Origin: Bacillales bacterium UBA3207
GTDB lineage: Bacteria > Bacillota_I > Bacilli_A > RFN20 > CAG-826
Reading direction: 5' to 3'
Length of the DNA stretch: 61,392 nt
Assembly: GCA_002363735.1 (NCBI GenBank)
Contig: DEWP01000017.1
Coordinates: forward strand, 1 to 61,392
Shown here in pieces: positions 61,096-61,392 of the stretch. Below the pieces are notes generated by a model. It saw nothing but the letters and a program-made list of their open reading frames with translations, was not told where the DNA came from and ran no database searches. Made by a program: the position numbers and the translations under genes. How positions within the stretch are numbered: the stretch's first letter is position 1; each line of letters opens with the position of its first letter.

Positions 61096-61392
61096 CTATT
61101 CTACAATGATGCTAGTGATATACATCGCATTATTTTGTGACATGATTGCAAAATAAGAATTACCACTAATGGTGTATGTTGTAACATAACGATAGACATC
61201 TCTATCTGCGTTATTTACGTTTTCAACACCTCCAGTAGAAGTACCACTAACCTCTGTTCCTTCATTACAAGGCACGTTGGTCGTAATAGCAGCTGCGGAT
61301 GAGCCTACTTTTACAACTGGATGATATTGCGATGCTTCTGTAGCATATGTTGCAAGCCAGTTAACTGTAACTTTGCTATAAGTTGTTTCTTG
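61096..61392 (-). CDS. 3' end of a paralog of the lipoprotein C-terminal domain (partial, not in the ORF track)
   Basis: Manual translation ...VTVNWLATYATEASQYHPVVKVGSSA...CNEGT...DVYRYVTTYTISGNSYF...YITSIIVE* matches the neighbouring gene. Confidence 0.9.
   Translation of the reverse strand, partial: QETTYSKVTVNWLATYATEASQYHPVVKVGSSAAAITTNVPCNEGTEVSGTSTGGVENVNNADRDVYRYVTTYTISGNSYFAIMSQNNAMYITSIIVE

Overview
A 61.4-kb, low-GC, gene-dense stretch of core chromosome from a Bacillota (Bacilli/Erysipelotrichia/Mollicutes-like) bacterium using genetic code 11. Gene order resembles the Bacillus yqe/yqf and yne regions, with many genes missing. It contains: the end of an IS3-family element; a nuclease-DinG helicase; lepA; a degenerate Fic protein; pfkA; hemW; a PH-domain gene; hrcA-grpE-dnaK-dnaJ; guanine deaminase; rsmE-mtaB; rpmF-deoC-rpsU; a C39-peptidase membrane protein; ybeY-cdd-era-recO-glyS-dnaG-sigA-trmK-nif3; ispH; cshB-nfo; ispG; rpmG; efp; yneF; plsY; parE-parC; yqeG-yqeH-nadD/yqeK-rsfS; an ABC/Crp module; and a minus-strand block rel-hisS-aspS-tkt-nusB-xseA-xseB-dxs-dinB-xerD-deoB preceded by two paralogous surface proteins. 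The window appears to span the replication terminus. Gene orientation flips from 41/44 plus to 15/16 minus exactly at a 28-bp dif-like site (42853-42880) lying between parEC and xerD. Best leads: (1) an exact copy of the dif XerD arm, with a displaced XerC-arm-like half, flanks the -35 of the dinB-xerD operon, suggesting possible Xer autoregulation; (2) many promoters have the -10 box 6-7 nt before an SD-less start codon, suggesting leaderless mRNAs; (3) a CIRCE-controlled PH-domain gene with a (TCT)6 tract in its promoter/leader; (4) a C39 peptidase-membrane protein with no ATPase domain; (5) a pseudo-Fic protein with a winged helix; (6) a Crp box over the start of the Crp gene; (7) non-canonical active-site residues in EF-P, YqeH and DnaG. 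No tRNA, rRNA or CRISPR array was seen. All assignments come from reading motifs by eye; no database searches were run.
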